From positions 46,433 through 110,432 of the forward strand of contig CALFMN010000244.1 in NCBI GenBank assembly GCA_937879875.1: a stretch of DNA of 64,000 nucleotides. Direction: 5' to 3'. How positions within the stretch are numbered: the first letter of the stretch is position 1; each line of letters opens with the position of its first letter. Origin of the DNA: an uncultured Chloroflexota bacterium (GTDB lineage: Bacteria > Chloroflexota > Dehalococcoidia > CAUJGQ01). The translations under genes and the position numbers were made by a program. Shown here one piece after another: positions 40,729 through 50,973 of the stretch. Under the pieces are notes generated by a model. That model worked only from the letters and a program-made list of their open reading frames with translations. It ran no database searches and was not told the DNA's origin.

Positions 40729-41156
40729 TGAGCAAGCAACGCCGGCGCAGGCGCGCACAAGAACGCGCGAGCCACGAGCAGTTCGATCCCGAGCTGGCCG
40801 AGCGAGCGTGGGACGGGCGAAAACAGCATCACGCGGACGGCCGTGCCGAGCGTGACCGCCGGCGCGGCCGCCCTGCGGATTCCGCGGTTGTGCACGGGGA
40901 CAGTGTTGCTGTGCCTATCCCTGCTCAGCGGCGGCGCGCCCGCGATGACGACGACTCGCTGACATCCCACGCCGAACGCGCCTGGGACGCCCTGCTGGCC
41001 CCGGCGGGCGCTGCGTTGACCTGTGGCGGCTGCTGCAACTGGCGACCGCACAGCGAGCCGGGCGGCCGCGGCACCTGCGATCACCCGGCGAGCGGCTTCT
41101 CTTACCCATACGAAGACACGGCGGCCTGTCCGTTCTTTGAAGCGCGCCGCCGCTAA
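40728..41156 (+). CDS. Hypothetical protein with basic low-complexity N-terminus and Cys-rich C-terminus (possible YkgJ/UPF0153-like Cys cluster)
   Basis: Its ATG overlaps the upstream stop (ATGA). The C-terminus reads LTCGGCCNWRPHSEPGGRGTCDHP...ACPFFE. The N-terminal 90 aa are R/D-rich and could be a translation artefact of high GC. Confidence 0.35.
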   Translation: MSKQRRRRRAQERASHEQFDPELAERAWDGRKQHHADGRAERDRRRGRPADSAVVHGDSVAVPIPAQRRRARDDDDSLTSHAERAWDALLAPAGAALTCGGCCNWRPHSEPGGRGTCDHPASGFSYPYEDTAACPFFEARRR

Positions 41157-41827
41157 GCCAGGGTCAGCGTCAGAAACTCGTGCAGATCCGAGAGGTCAGG
41201 CAAGACGGCGTCTGCGCCCGCAACAGCCAGCGCCTCCGCCGAGCAGTGCCCTGTTGCGACGCCGATCACGGGGATACCGTTCGCCCTGGCCGCGCTGACG
41301 TCGTGCTCGCTGTCGCCGACAATCCAGATACGGTCGCCGGCGGCGCGGCCGAGCCGGCCAGCCGCCTCGGCGATGACCTCCGCCCGATCCTCGGAGTCGT
41401 CGGCGAAGCCACCGTCGAGAAAGTAGTCCCAGATGCCGACGTGGCGCAGCTTGATCTCGGCCGCGCTGCGGTAATTGCCCGTGCCCAGACCCAGCCGCAC
41501 GTCCGAGCGCTCCGCGAGCGCATCGAGCAGCGCGGGCACGCCGGGCAGCACGTCGCAGGCCGGTCCGTTCGACAGCTCTTCTTTCAGCAGATCAAAGTAC
41601 ATGTCGCGGAAACGCTGAAACTCAGGCGCCAGGTCGCCGTCGTGCAACGCTTGCCGCACGTAGCAGTCGCGCAGGATGGCGCCGTCGGTGCGGCCAGCGA
41701 ACTCGATGCCGGCAAAGGCGTCGTCCACGCCGTAAAGCTCGCGAAATGTGCGCGTCATCGCCCGCGACCCGGCGCCGTTCGTACGGATCAGGGTCATGTC
41801 GATGTCGAAGAGGAAGATCGTTGTCAT
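41153..41827 (-). CDS. HAD-family hydrolase (phosphoglycolate phosphatase-like)
   Basis: HAD motifs are present: motif I FLFDIDMTLI, motif II GLGTGN, motif IV IWIVGDSEHD. Confidence 0.8.
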   Translation of the reverse strand: MTTIFLFDIDMTLIRTNGAGSRAMTRTFRELYGVDDAFAGIEFAGRTDGAILRDCYVRQALHDGDLAPEFQRFRDMYFDLLKEELSNGPACDVLPGVPALLDALAERSDVRLGLGTGNYRSAAEIKLRHVGIWDYFLDGGFADDSEDRAEVIAEAAGRLGRAAGDRIWIVGDSEHDVSAARANGIPVIGVATGHCSAEALAVAGADAVLPDLSDLHEFLTLTLA

Positions 41828-41854
41828 CTAATCGGAGGGCGCGGCGCGGCTTTC

Positions 41855-42040
41855 GGCCCTCTTCCTCTCTTGTGCGTTGGAAGTCTCCGATGGTTGCGCT
41901 GCGCTCTGGCTCCCACTCCTGGGAGAAGGAGACGATCCAGCGCCGAGCGTGCCGAGCGCTATACGGTTAGCCCGACACCCTCTCGATCTGGCGATCAACG
42001 ATCGCCCCTCGCCCAGGATTGGGAGAGGGGTCGGGGGTGA
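41855..42040. repeat. Family-B MITE-like palindromic repeat, copy 2
   Basis: The left arm is GGCCCTCTTCCTCTC...CTCCCACTCCTGGGAGAAGGAGAC and the right arm is GATCGCCCCTCGCCCAGGATTGGGAGAGGGGTCGGGGGTGAGGGCC. It lies between the HAD start codon and the rhodanese stop. Confidence 0.6.
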
Positions 42041-42051
42041 GGGCCGAAATG

Positions 42052-42381
42052 CTAGCCCATCGGCAGGCCGGCGTCGCGCCAGGTATCGGTGCCGCCCTCG
42101 ACGTTGAAGAGCCGGGTCTTGCCGCCGGCGGCGGCGTACTCGCAGGCGAGGGCGCTGCGTTGCCCCATCTTGCAGATGAACAGCACGTCTCTGTCGTCCG
42201 GCAGTTCGTCGCGGCGGTTGTAGACGCTGTTCAGCGGGATCAGCGTCGTGCCGGCAGCGTGATAGTCGGCGAACTCGCCCGGCTCGCGCACGTCGATGAA
42301 GGCGGCGTCGCCTTTGTCCAACATCTCCTTCGCCTCTTGCACCGAGACGCGGGTAAACGGTTCCTGCGGATTCTTGACCGC
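42052..42381 (-). CDS. Single-domain rhodanese (sulfurtransferase)
   Basis: The active-site loop FICKMGQRS is present within DVREPGEFADYHAAG...LFICKMGQRS. Start is probably GTG (VAVKNPQ). Confidence 0.7.
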   Translation of the reverse strand, partial: AVKNPQEPFTRVSVQEAKEMLDKGDAAFIDVREPGEFADYHAAGTTLIPLNSVYNRRDELPDDRDVLFICKMGQRSALACEYAAAGGKTRLFNVEGGTDTWRDAGLPMG

Positions 42382-42541
42382 CACGGCGGACCTCCTGGGT
42401 GAGCTGGATGATTGTTGACTCAGCAACTCAATTATAGCAGCAGCCGGCGGCAGGATCACGCCGGACCTGCACTATCCTGACGCGCAGCCGGGCCGGTGAA
42501 AAGCACCGACCCGGCCTGGCATCCTGTGCTGCCCCTGCCGC

Positions 42542-44435
<1,894 letters not shown>

Positions 44436-44516
44436 TCTCGTCGTGCCTCCGCAGTGATCGCCTGGCGGCGTCGGTGCACCGCCCACAGACCGGATTCTAC
44501 CGTGTCGGCGCGCGAT

Positions 44517-44543
44517 TTAGCAACCGGGCACCGAGAGTGCTAA
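44517..44543. promoter_or_regulatory. CIRCE element (HrcA operator)
   Basis: TTAGCAACC-N9-GAGTGCTAA compared with the consensus TTAGCACTC-N9-GAGTGCTAA. The right half is perfect and the left half has two mismatches. Confidence 0.75.
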
Positions 44544-44618
44544 TCTTCGGAACCGAACGGCTTTGCCAAGATCGGGCTTCTGCTATGCTGGCCGAAATCC
44601 GCCGGCAAGGGGGCAGCC

Positions 44619-44879
44619 ATGCGCGCCGTATTCGTCATGGTGAAGGTTGAGCCGGGGCAGGTCGAGTCGGTCGCGCAGCACATCGGCGATCTCGAGGCGT
44701 TCTCCGAAGGATATTCGATCTCCGGCGCCTACGACCTGCTGATGAAGTTCTACATCGAGGACATCGACCACCTGGGCCGGCTGGTGAACCACGAGATTCA
44801 GACGATTCCCCACGTGCGCGAGACGTTCACGCTGCTGACGTTCAACGCATTTCCCGCGCCCGGCGACGCTCGGCAGTGA
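44619..44879 (+). CDS. Stand-alone Lrp/AsnC C-terminal (RAM) ligand-binding domain protein
   Basis: MRAVFVMVKVEPGQVESVAQHIGDLEAFSEGYSISGAYDLLMKFYIEDIDHLGRLVNHEIQTIPHVRETFTLL is a typical AsnC_trans_reg domain. It has no DNA-binding HTH. Confidence 0.8.
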   Translation: MRAVFVMVKVEPGQVESVAQHIGDLEAFSEGYSISGAYDLLMKFYIEDIDHLGRLVNHEIQTIPHVRETFTLLTFNAFPAPGDARQ

Positions 44880-44887
44880 TAGCGCGG

Positions 44888-45060
44888 CGTTCGGCCCTCA
44901 CCACCGTCCCCTCGCCCAATCCTGGGCGAGGGGCGATCCCGGGTTGGAGCGATCCGTAGCGGCGTCGGGTTAACCGTTTTGTCAGTCGGACCGCTCACTG
45001 GTGGATCGTCTCCTTCTCCCAGGATTGGGAGAAGGAGACAGGAGAGGTTGAGGGCCGAAA
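44888..45060. repeat. Family-B MITE-like palindromic repeat, copy 3 (full length, clean TIRs)
   Basis: The left terminal repeat is GGCCCTCACCACCGTCCCCTCGCCCAATCCTGGGCGAGGGGCGATC. The right terminal repeat is GATCGTCTCCTTCTCCCAGGATTGGGAGAAGGAGAC...TTGAGGGCC. A central GGGTTAACC is present. The element fills almost the whole gap between two convergent stop codons. Confidence 0.65.
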
Positions 45061-45068
45061 GCCGCGCC

Positions 45069-46628
45069 TCAGGCTGAGCCGTTGCGCATACGCCGGAACC
45101 AGCCGCGCGGGGGCTGCGAGCGTTGCCGCGGCGTCGCAAGCGACTCATGCTCACATGATTGCAGCTCGAGCTCGCGCAGATACGCGTCGATCGCGGCAGC
45201 GGCGCGGCGACCAGCGGCCATCGCCGTCACGACCAGGCCCTCGCCGTGCACCACGTCCCCGCCGGCAAAGACACCGCGCCGGCCCGTGTGGCCGTCTGAA
45301 CTCTCGGTTCTGAGAAAACCCTTGCCGTTGACGCCGAGGCCTTCCGTCGCCTCGCGCAGCAGCGGGTCGGGCTCGTAGCCGATCGCGATCACGGCAAGCC
45401 GCGCCGGGATCTCGTAGTCGGAGCCCAGCACGGCGAAGGCGCGCCGGCGACCGCCGGCGTCTGACTCGCCGCGCTCCAGGCGACGCAGGCGCACGCCGGT
45501 CAGGTGGCCTGCCGCGTCGCCGGTAAAGGCCACCGGCTCCGTCTCGAAGCGAAAGACCACACCTTCTGCGCGTGCGTCCGTTTCCTCTTCCGCGCGCGCG
45601 GCCAGCTCTTCGCGCGTGCCGCTGCAGGCCAGCGTGACAGATGACGCGCCCATGCGCAGCGCCGTGCGTACGCTGTCCAGTGCGGCGTCGGTGCCGCCGA
45701 TCACGACGACGGCCGGCGCCTCTTCACGCCGCGCCAGCGCCGTCGCGGCCGAGCCGGCGCCGCCCGCCGCCAGCAGCTTGCCCGCGGCGGCGTTCGCCCG
45801 CAACAGAAACTCCGTGGCCGTCGAGACGCCCTCATACTCCGAGGCGCCGGGGATGCGCAGCTCTCGGTCCACGCCGGCGCCGGTGGCCAGGTAGACGGCG
45901 TCGAAGCCTTCCACCAGCAGCTCATCCACGCTGACATCGCGCCCGACGCGCACGCCGCTGACGAAGTCGGCGCCGAGCATGGTGAGAAAGCGCAGCTTCT
46001 CGTTGAGAATGCGTTTCGCCAGCTTGAAATTGGGAATGCCGTGCGCCAGCGCGCCGCCGGGCGTCGGCCACTGGTCGAAGACGCTGACCTCGTGCCCGCG
46101 TTTGACCAGTTCCTCGGCGACTGTCAGGCCGGACGGCCCCGAGCCAACCACGGCCACCCGCCGGCCGCTCGGCTCCGGCAGATCGGCCGGCAGCGGGAAG
46201 CCACCGAGCTGTGTCCGCTGCGTGTCGGCGACAAACGCTTCGAGCACGCCGATGCCGACGGGTGGCTCTTTGCGCCCATCCGGCCGAATCGCGAAGCCCA
46301 CCGGGCACTCGCCCTCGCACAGCCGCTCGTGCGGGCAGAGCCGCCCGCACATCTCCGGCAGATTGGAGGTTTCGCGAAACTTGTTGGCAGCGCCGATCGC
46401 GTCGCCATTTTCGAGCAGCAGCAGCGCCGACGGGATGTCGTTGTGTGCGGGGCAGGCATCAACGCAGGGCGTGGTCGGGCAGTGGATACAGCGGGCTGCT
46501 TCCAGCCGCGCCCGGTTCAGGTCGAGCCCCTGGTAGACCTCTTCCCAGTTGTTGACGCGCTCTTCGGGAGATTGCTTGTCGCCCGGCTGCGCCGAGATGC
46601 TCAGCCGCGCCCAGATGCGATTTGCCAT
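45069..46628 (-). CDS. Glutamate synthase small-subunit-like NAD(P)H-dependent FAD oxidoreductase (GltD/PreT family)
   Basis: The N-terminal Fe-S Cys cluster region is present (CIHCPTTPCVDACP...CGRLCPHERLCEGEC). Two dinucleotide-binding motifs are present (VAVVGSGPSGL; VVVIGGTDAALD). Start was set at MANRIW. Confidence 0.8.
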   Translation of the reverse strand: MANRIWARLSISAQPGDKQSPEERVNNWEEVYQGLDLNRARLEAARCIHCPTTPCVDACPAHNDIPSALLLLENGDAIGAANKFRETSNLPEMCGRLCPHERLCEGECPVGFAIRPDGRKEPPVGIGVLEAFVADTQRTQLGGFPLPADLPEPSGRRVAVVGSGPSGLTVAEELVKRGHEVSVFDQWPTPGGALAHGIPNFKLAKRILNEKLRFLTMLGADFVSGVRVGRDVSVDELLVEGFDAVYLATGAGVDRELRIPGASEYEGVSTATEFLLRANAAAGKLLAAGGAGSAATALARREEAPAVVVIGGTDAALDSVRTALRMGASSVTLACSGTREELAARAEEETDARAEGVVFRFETEPVAFTGDAAGHLTGVRLRRLERGESDAGGRRRAFAVLGSDYEIPARLAVIAIGYEPDPLLREATEGLGVNGKGFLRTESSDGHTGRRGVFAGGDVVHGEGLVVTAMAAGRRAAAAIDAYLRELELQSCEHESLATPRQRSQPPRGWFRRMRNGSA

Positions 46629-46811
46629 GCCGCTCCCCGGCGGCGGTGCCGCCCCGCCCCGCACGTCCATTCTCTCCGGAAATCGGCGCCGCGCGCCAGC
46701 GCCCAGACGAACGAAACCGGCCCAGATTGTGACCTGTCACACAATCGAAAGCGGGGCGGGCTGTTCGCCCACCCCGCCGAGGGACTCGAATCACCTCGAA
46801 TGCAACGGAAA

Positions 46812-47942
46812 TTACACCGGCATAGCTGTGGCGGCTCGGGCTACCGGATCGGGAAACGGCGGCGTCATCAGCGCCGTGTTCGGTGTGGCAGTGCCTTCCG
46901 GGGCGTAGCGCGCGATCTCGGGCGCAAGCTTATCCAGGCGGTTGTAGATGCCGGCCTGGTGCAGCCGGTGCAGATACGCCGCGACGAAGCGCTGCCGCAG
47001 CTCTGTGAGCCGCTGCCGGCCCTCATCGACCGTGCCGCCCAGCAACAGGATCAACGCCTCGTTGAACGGCGTGTCGCGCTGCACTTCGGCTACCAGCAGC
47101 AGTTCCGCGCGGCCAAGCCAGACGTGGAGCTGGTCGTGCTTTTCGGGCTGCGACTTGAGATAGTAATCGACGTGGCCGACCGCGAAGTCGATCTGCCGCC
47201 AGAGGTCGCGAATCACGAGCGCGTAGAGCGTGCGGTCGGCGTCGTTGTTCGCGGCCTCGCGCAGGGCGTCCAGCACGATCAGGTGGTACAGCCCGCGCAC
47301 CAGGTTCTGCGCGATCACCAGCTCGGTCAGCCGCATCGACGAGGTGATGGCGCGGTGGTAGATGCCCGGCGACTGCAGGCCAAGGCCGCCGCCGTTGGCC
47401 AGCGCCCGCTTGCGCAGCGCCTCGTGATGGCGGCCGAGGTCGTAGATCTCGGTCGCCAGATAGCTCTTCACTTCGTAGAAGCCGTAGCTGATCCGCTCGA
47501 GCCAGCCGGAGAAGATCTGCATGCCGACGAGCGACGCCTCGGAGATCTCGGTCAAGATCTGGCAGATGGCGCGCTCGGCGATCTCGTCGTACGGCTGCAA
47601 GGCGTCCCAAGGAATATCCGTCGCCGAGGACCAGCGATCGCGGATCGCGTCCTCGTACAAATCCGCCGCATTCTCCGACCAGACGTCGCACTTGTCGTAG
47701 AGCGAGTAGCTGGCTTCGAGGAAGGTCTGCCCCGAGGGGAAGGCGCCACGCGGCATGTCCGTCTTATGCGGCCAGCGATCCGGCACGTAGGCGTAGCTGC
47801 CCTGATCGATGTCGCGCAGGCGCAACCCCTGCGGGCCGATCGCCGGTTTCATGCCGCGCTGCGTCGGCACGCGCATCCAGGCGAAGTCGCGTTCGGGCTG
47901 CTGTGCCTGCGCCACGGGTTCATTGCTGGACTGTGTCGTCAC
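46812..47942 (-). CDS. Ferritin-like diiron-carboxylate protein, paralog 1
   Basis: Two E...ExxH segments (motif sequences quoted under the 48068..49141 paralog). About 40% identical to the adjacent paralog (YEDAIRDRWSSATDIPWDAL vs YEEAQARQWSSAVDVPWHEL; HHEALRKRALANGGG vs HEDVFRKRALANGCG). Start is GTG after GGAGGCGAG. Confidence 0.6.
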   Translation of the reverse strand: MTTQSSNEPVAQAQQPERDFAWMRVPTQRGMKPAIGPQGLRLRDIDQGSYAYVPDRWPHKTDMPRGAFPSGQTFLEASYSLYDKCDVWSENAADLYEDAIRDRWSSATDIPWDALQPYDEIAERAICQILTEISEASLVGMQIFSGWLERISYGFYEVKSYLATEIYDLGRHHEALRKRALANGGGLGLQSPGIYHRAITSSMRLTELVIAQNLVRGLYHLIVLDALREAANNDADRTLYALVIRDLWRQIDFAVGHVDYYLKSQPEKHDQLHVWLGRAELLLVAEVQRDTPFNEALILLLGGTVDEGRQRLTELRQRFVAAYLHRLHQAGIYNRLDKLAPEIARYAPEGTATPNTALMTPPFPDPVARAATAMPV

Positions 47943-48067
47943 TTCTCGCCTCCCTGGACCCCTGTGCCGATCAACGGACGAGCCGAAACCAAACCGAGGG
48001 AGCGTGCGACTCCCGCTGAACACGCACGCTCAGCCCGGTCAGCAACCGGGTGCCCAACCGCGCCGGG

Positions 48068-49141
48068 CTAGTTGCGCGGCGGATCGAGGAACTTCTGCAT
48101 ATCGGGGTTCATGCGCTCGCGGCGGTCGCCCAGGCCGACGACTTCGAGCCGATGCATGTACTCGTTGATCTGCCGCCGGCGGATCGCCATCAGCTTCTGA
48201 TAGCCGAGGTCGATCTTCTCCTTGCCGCCGCCGAGCAGGATCGCCAGCGACTCGGCGGACTGACCGCCGCTGGTGAGGCCGGCCTGGGTGGTGCCGAGCA
48301 GCCCTTCCTGGCGGTCCAAATAGTGATGGATCTCTTCGCGCCGCTCCGGCTCCGTCTCGATCAGGTACTTCATGTGCGTCACGCCGAAAGCGACGTGGCG
48401 GCTTTCGTCCTGTGCGGCCAGGCGGAACATGCGCTTCTCGGCCTCGTTGCTACTGATCAGCTCGCCCATACGGAACAGGCTCTGCACAAAGCCCTCGGCC
48501 ACGAGATGCAGCAGCGTGGTCATCTCGGTGAAGTCGGTGACCTGCAACAGGCCCACGGCGCCGGGGCCGGCCTGCAAGAGGCCGCAGCCGTTCGCCAACG
48601 CCCGCTTGCGGAAGACGTCCTCGTGCCGCGCCTCGTCCATGATCTGCGTGCCGACGAACAGTGCGACCTCGTAGTGATCGGCGCTGATCTGCGGCAGGTA
48701 GCGGCCGGGCAGATCGGCGGCGATGAACTCGACCTGCGTCAGAAACGTGCAGAGCTGGCACATCGCCAGTTCCATGTCGTCCGGCAGTTGCGTCAACTCG
48801 TGCCAGGGCACGTCGACGGCGCTGGACCACTGCCGCGCCTGCGCCTCTTCGTACAGCATCTGCACAGAAGCCGACCACGACTCGGACTTGCTCGTCCAGC
48901 GCGGGCCAAGGCGGGGCGCCTCGGGGCGCACGCCGGCGCCGCGCGGGCGGCCGGTGTAGTTGGTGGTGAGTTCGGGCACCTGGCCGTAGGCGCCCTGCTC
49001 GGCCTGCTCGATCGTGAAGCCCTTGCGGCCGAAGTTGGCGCGGAAACCCCACGGCGTGCCGGCCTTCAGCCAGCTCAGATCGAGTTCCGGTGCGTTGGGC
49101 TCGGTGCGAAGCTGCTCCAGCATCGCGGCGCTGACCGGCAT
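48068..49141 (-). CDS. Ferritin-like diiron-carboxylate protein, paralog 2
   Basis: The motifs QIMDEARHED and LAAQDESRHVAF, each preceded by an upstream Glu, resemble DExRH motifs of diiron oxygenases/desaturases. 357 aa. Confidence 0.6.
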   Translation of the reverse strand: MPVSAAMLEQLRTEPNAPELDLSWLKAGTPWGFRANFGRKGFTIEQAEQGAYGQVPELTTNYTGRPRGAGVRPEAPRLGPRWTSKSESWSASVQMLYEEAQARQWSSAVDVPWHELTQLPDDMELAMCQLCTFLTQVEFIAADLPGRYLPQISADHYEVALFVGTQIMDEARHEDVFRKRALANGCGLLQAGPGAVGLLQVTDFTEMTTLLHLVAEGFVQSLFRMGELISSNEAEKRMFRLAAQDESRHVAFGVTHMKYLIETEPERREEIHHYLDRQEGLLGTTQAGLTSGGQSAESLAILLGGGKEKIDLGYQKLMAIRRRQINEYMHRLEVVGLGDRRERMNPDMQKFLDPPRN

Positions 49142-49272
49142 GGCTTGCCTCCCGCCTTTTCCTGCGAGTTTTTACCACTGGTATAATACGGTCATACGCC
49201 CAGAAGCCGCCGCCTGTCAAGTATGCAGAAAAGAGCGCAGCGCCTTCTCAGATGCCGCCATGGCCGCCCCAC

Positions 49273-49502
49273 GCGGGGCACCTAACCCTGCTTTGCCTGG
49301 CGGCAAAGCTGTCCCTTCCCGAAGCGGGAAGGGACTTTTGGAGCGTTCCCAGCGCCATGAGACGGCGGCGGGGCTGGGGTGTCCTTGTGGGACAGGCGCC
49401 AGGCTCGTCTCCCAGCCGCCCCGTCGTTCCTCGACCCTCACCCTTCCTGTGTCGGGAAGGGACAGATTTCGCTGAAGCGAAATCAGGGTTAGGTGCCCCG
49501 CG
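49273..49502. repeat. Family-A MITE-like repeat, long copy
   Basis: The termini GCGGGGCACCTAACCCTG ... CAGGGTTAGGTGCCCCGCG are present. Internal conserved blocks include GGACTTTTGGAGCGTTCCCAGCGCC, GACGGCGGCGGGGCTGGGGTGTCC and CCCTTCCTGTGTCGGGAAGGGACAG. It lies in the divergent region between the diiron paralog 2 and tetR. Confidence 0.7.
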
Positions 49503-49600
49503 CCGCCAGGGCGCGCCGCATACCACACGGTCGGCGACACACGCGGCGAACGCGACGTTCGCGCGGCAGCACAGGGCGGTGCTAGCATGCAGGTCAGGCG

Positions 49601-50230
49601 ATGGAGGTTGCAGTGACGAGCACGGCGGCATCGGGCGCACTGGTGGGCAGAAGCAGGCCACCGGGCGTCAAGGAGCGCATCCTCGAAGCGGCGGCCGAGG
49701 AGTTCGCGGAGTTCGGCTATCACGGCAGCTCGTTGCGGCGGATCAGCGAACGCTCGCACGCGACGAAGCCGATGATCTACTACCACTTCCAGGGCAAAGA
49801 CGGCCTCTTTGCCGCCGTCGTGAGAGAACAGCTTGGCCGCCTCGAAGACCGCCTCAACGAGCGCATCGCCCGGCAGGGCGACGCGGTCAGCCACCTTGGC
49901 ACCTTCGCCCGCCTCTATCTGACCTGCTTCCTCGAAGACTTTCCCGGCCTTGCCGTCGGCCTGCGGGAGTTGCCCACGCTGCCCGCGCCCGTCTTTGCCG
50001 AGATCGCGGCGGCGCATGGGCGCATGGTCGTGGCGATTCTCAAGCGCATCCTGCGCGACGGCGAAGCCAGCGGCGAGCTGCGCCCGCATGACGTGGACAA
50101 CTGCGCCCGCGCGATTATCGGCATCATGCATTACTACATTCGCGGCTCCGGCCTCGACAATGCCGCCGCGATCGCGGCGGGCACGGACCAGATCGTGAGC
50201 TACTACGCGGCCGGCCTGCTGGCGCGGTAA
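49601..50230 (+). CDS. TetR/AcrR-family transcriptional regulator
   Basis: An N-terminal HTH is present (KERILEAAAEEFAEFGYHGSSLRRISERSHATKPMIYYHFQGKDGL). The start may be an internal GTG rather than the ATG at 49601. Confidence 0.85.
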   Translation: MEVAVTSTAASGALVGRSRPPGVKERILEAAAEEFAEFGYHGSSLRRISERSHATKPMIYYHFQGKDGLFAAVVREQLGRLEDRLNERIARQGDAVSHLGTFARLYLTCFLEDFPGLAVGLRELPTLPAPVFAEIAAAHGRMVVAILKRILRDGEASGELRPHDVDNCARAIIGIMHYYIRGSGLDNAAAIAAGTDQIVSYYAAGLLAR

Positions 50231-50456
50231 GCCTGGGAACCGCAATCTGGACATTGCCCATCGCTGCTCCACCGGGCGTCGGGAGACGATCGGGACGAGA
50301 TCTGGAACGCCGTAGTCGCCGGGCGCGAGCCCGAAATTTGGCCTTACGCACGATACGTCGCCGGAGATGTCGATCCTAGCGGGAGCCGATCGTCGTGATC
50401 TGTGAGAGGCCTGCGAAGGCAGGTCAACCAGTTCACGCAACAGAGAGGCTGGCGCC

Positions 50457-50891
50457 ATGACTCAGACAGCAGACCCTACACCCACCGCCGTCACCAGGCG
50501 CTTCCTCGCCGCAATGTCGAGGCTCGACATCGATGCGATGTTCGCGGAGCTTGCAGATGATGTTGCCTGCTGCTTTCCCACCGCTCCCGAGGGTGGTCCG
50601 CGAGAGATTCGAGGCAGGGACACGAACCGTGGCTTCTTCTCCGGCGTTATTCGCCCCATGCTGGCTACCTACGCGGTAACGCGCATGAACGTGCATCTAC
50701 TCGGCGACGATGCGGAGCAGATCGTAGCGGACTACGCATCCGAAGGTTCCCTCATCGACGGAAGCCCTTACCACAACACCTATCTGGCGTTGGGCATGGT
50801 CCGCGGCGGCAAGATTGAGCGCTGGACCGAGTTTTGCGACCCGGCGCCGATCCTGCGCGGTATTGCGGCGCTTCAAGCAGGAACACGGTGA
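50457..50891 (+). CDS. NTF2-like/SnoaL-like small protein
   Basis: A 144-aa ORF with an alpha+beta cone-like pattern (RRFLAAMSRLDIDAMFAELADDV...ERWTEFCD). Confidence 0.5.
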   Translation: MTQTADPTPTAVTRRFLAAMSRLDIDAMFAELADDVACCFPTAPEGGPREIRGRDTNRGFFSGVIRPMLATYAVTRMNVHLLGDDAEQIVADYASEGSLIDGSPYHNTYLALGMVRGGKIERWTEFCDPAPILRGIAALQAGTR

Positions 50892-50973
50892 TTCTTCCTG
50901 CGTGAAGGCGCATTGCAACCCGGCGTATGCCGTACAATGCGGCCTCAGCGGCTCCGTGCAGGGGAGACCCGTG

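Noticed and set aside
46041-48071. 676-aa ORF on the plus strand
   Set aside because: It is antisense to the gltD-like and diiron genes and has low-complexity R/A/G composition. The coding strand is clearly the minus strand, which carries real domains.
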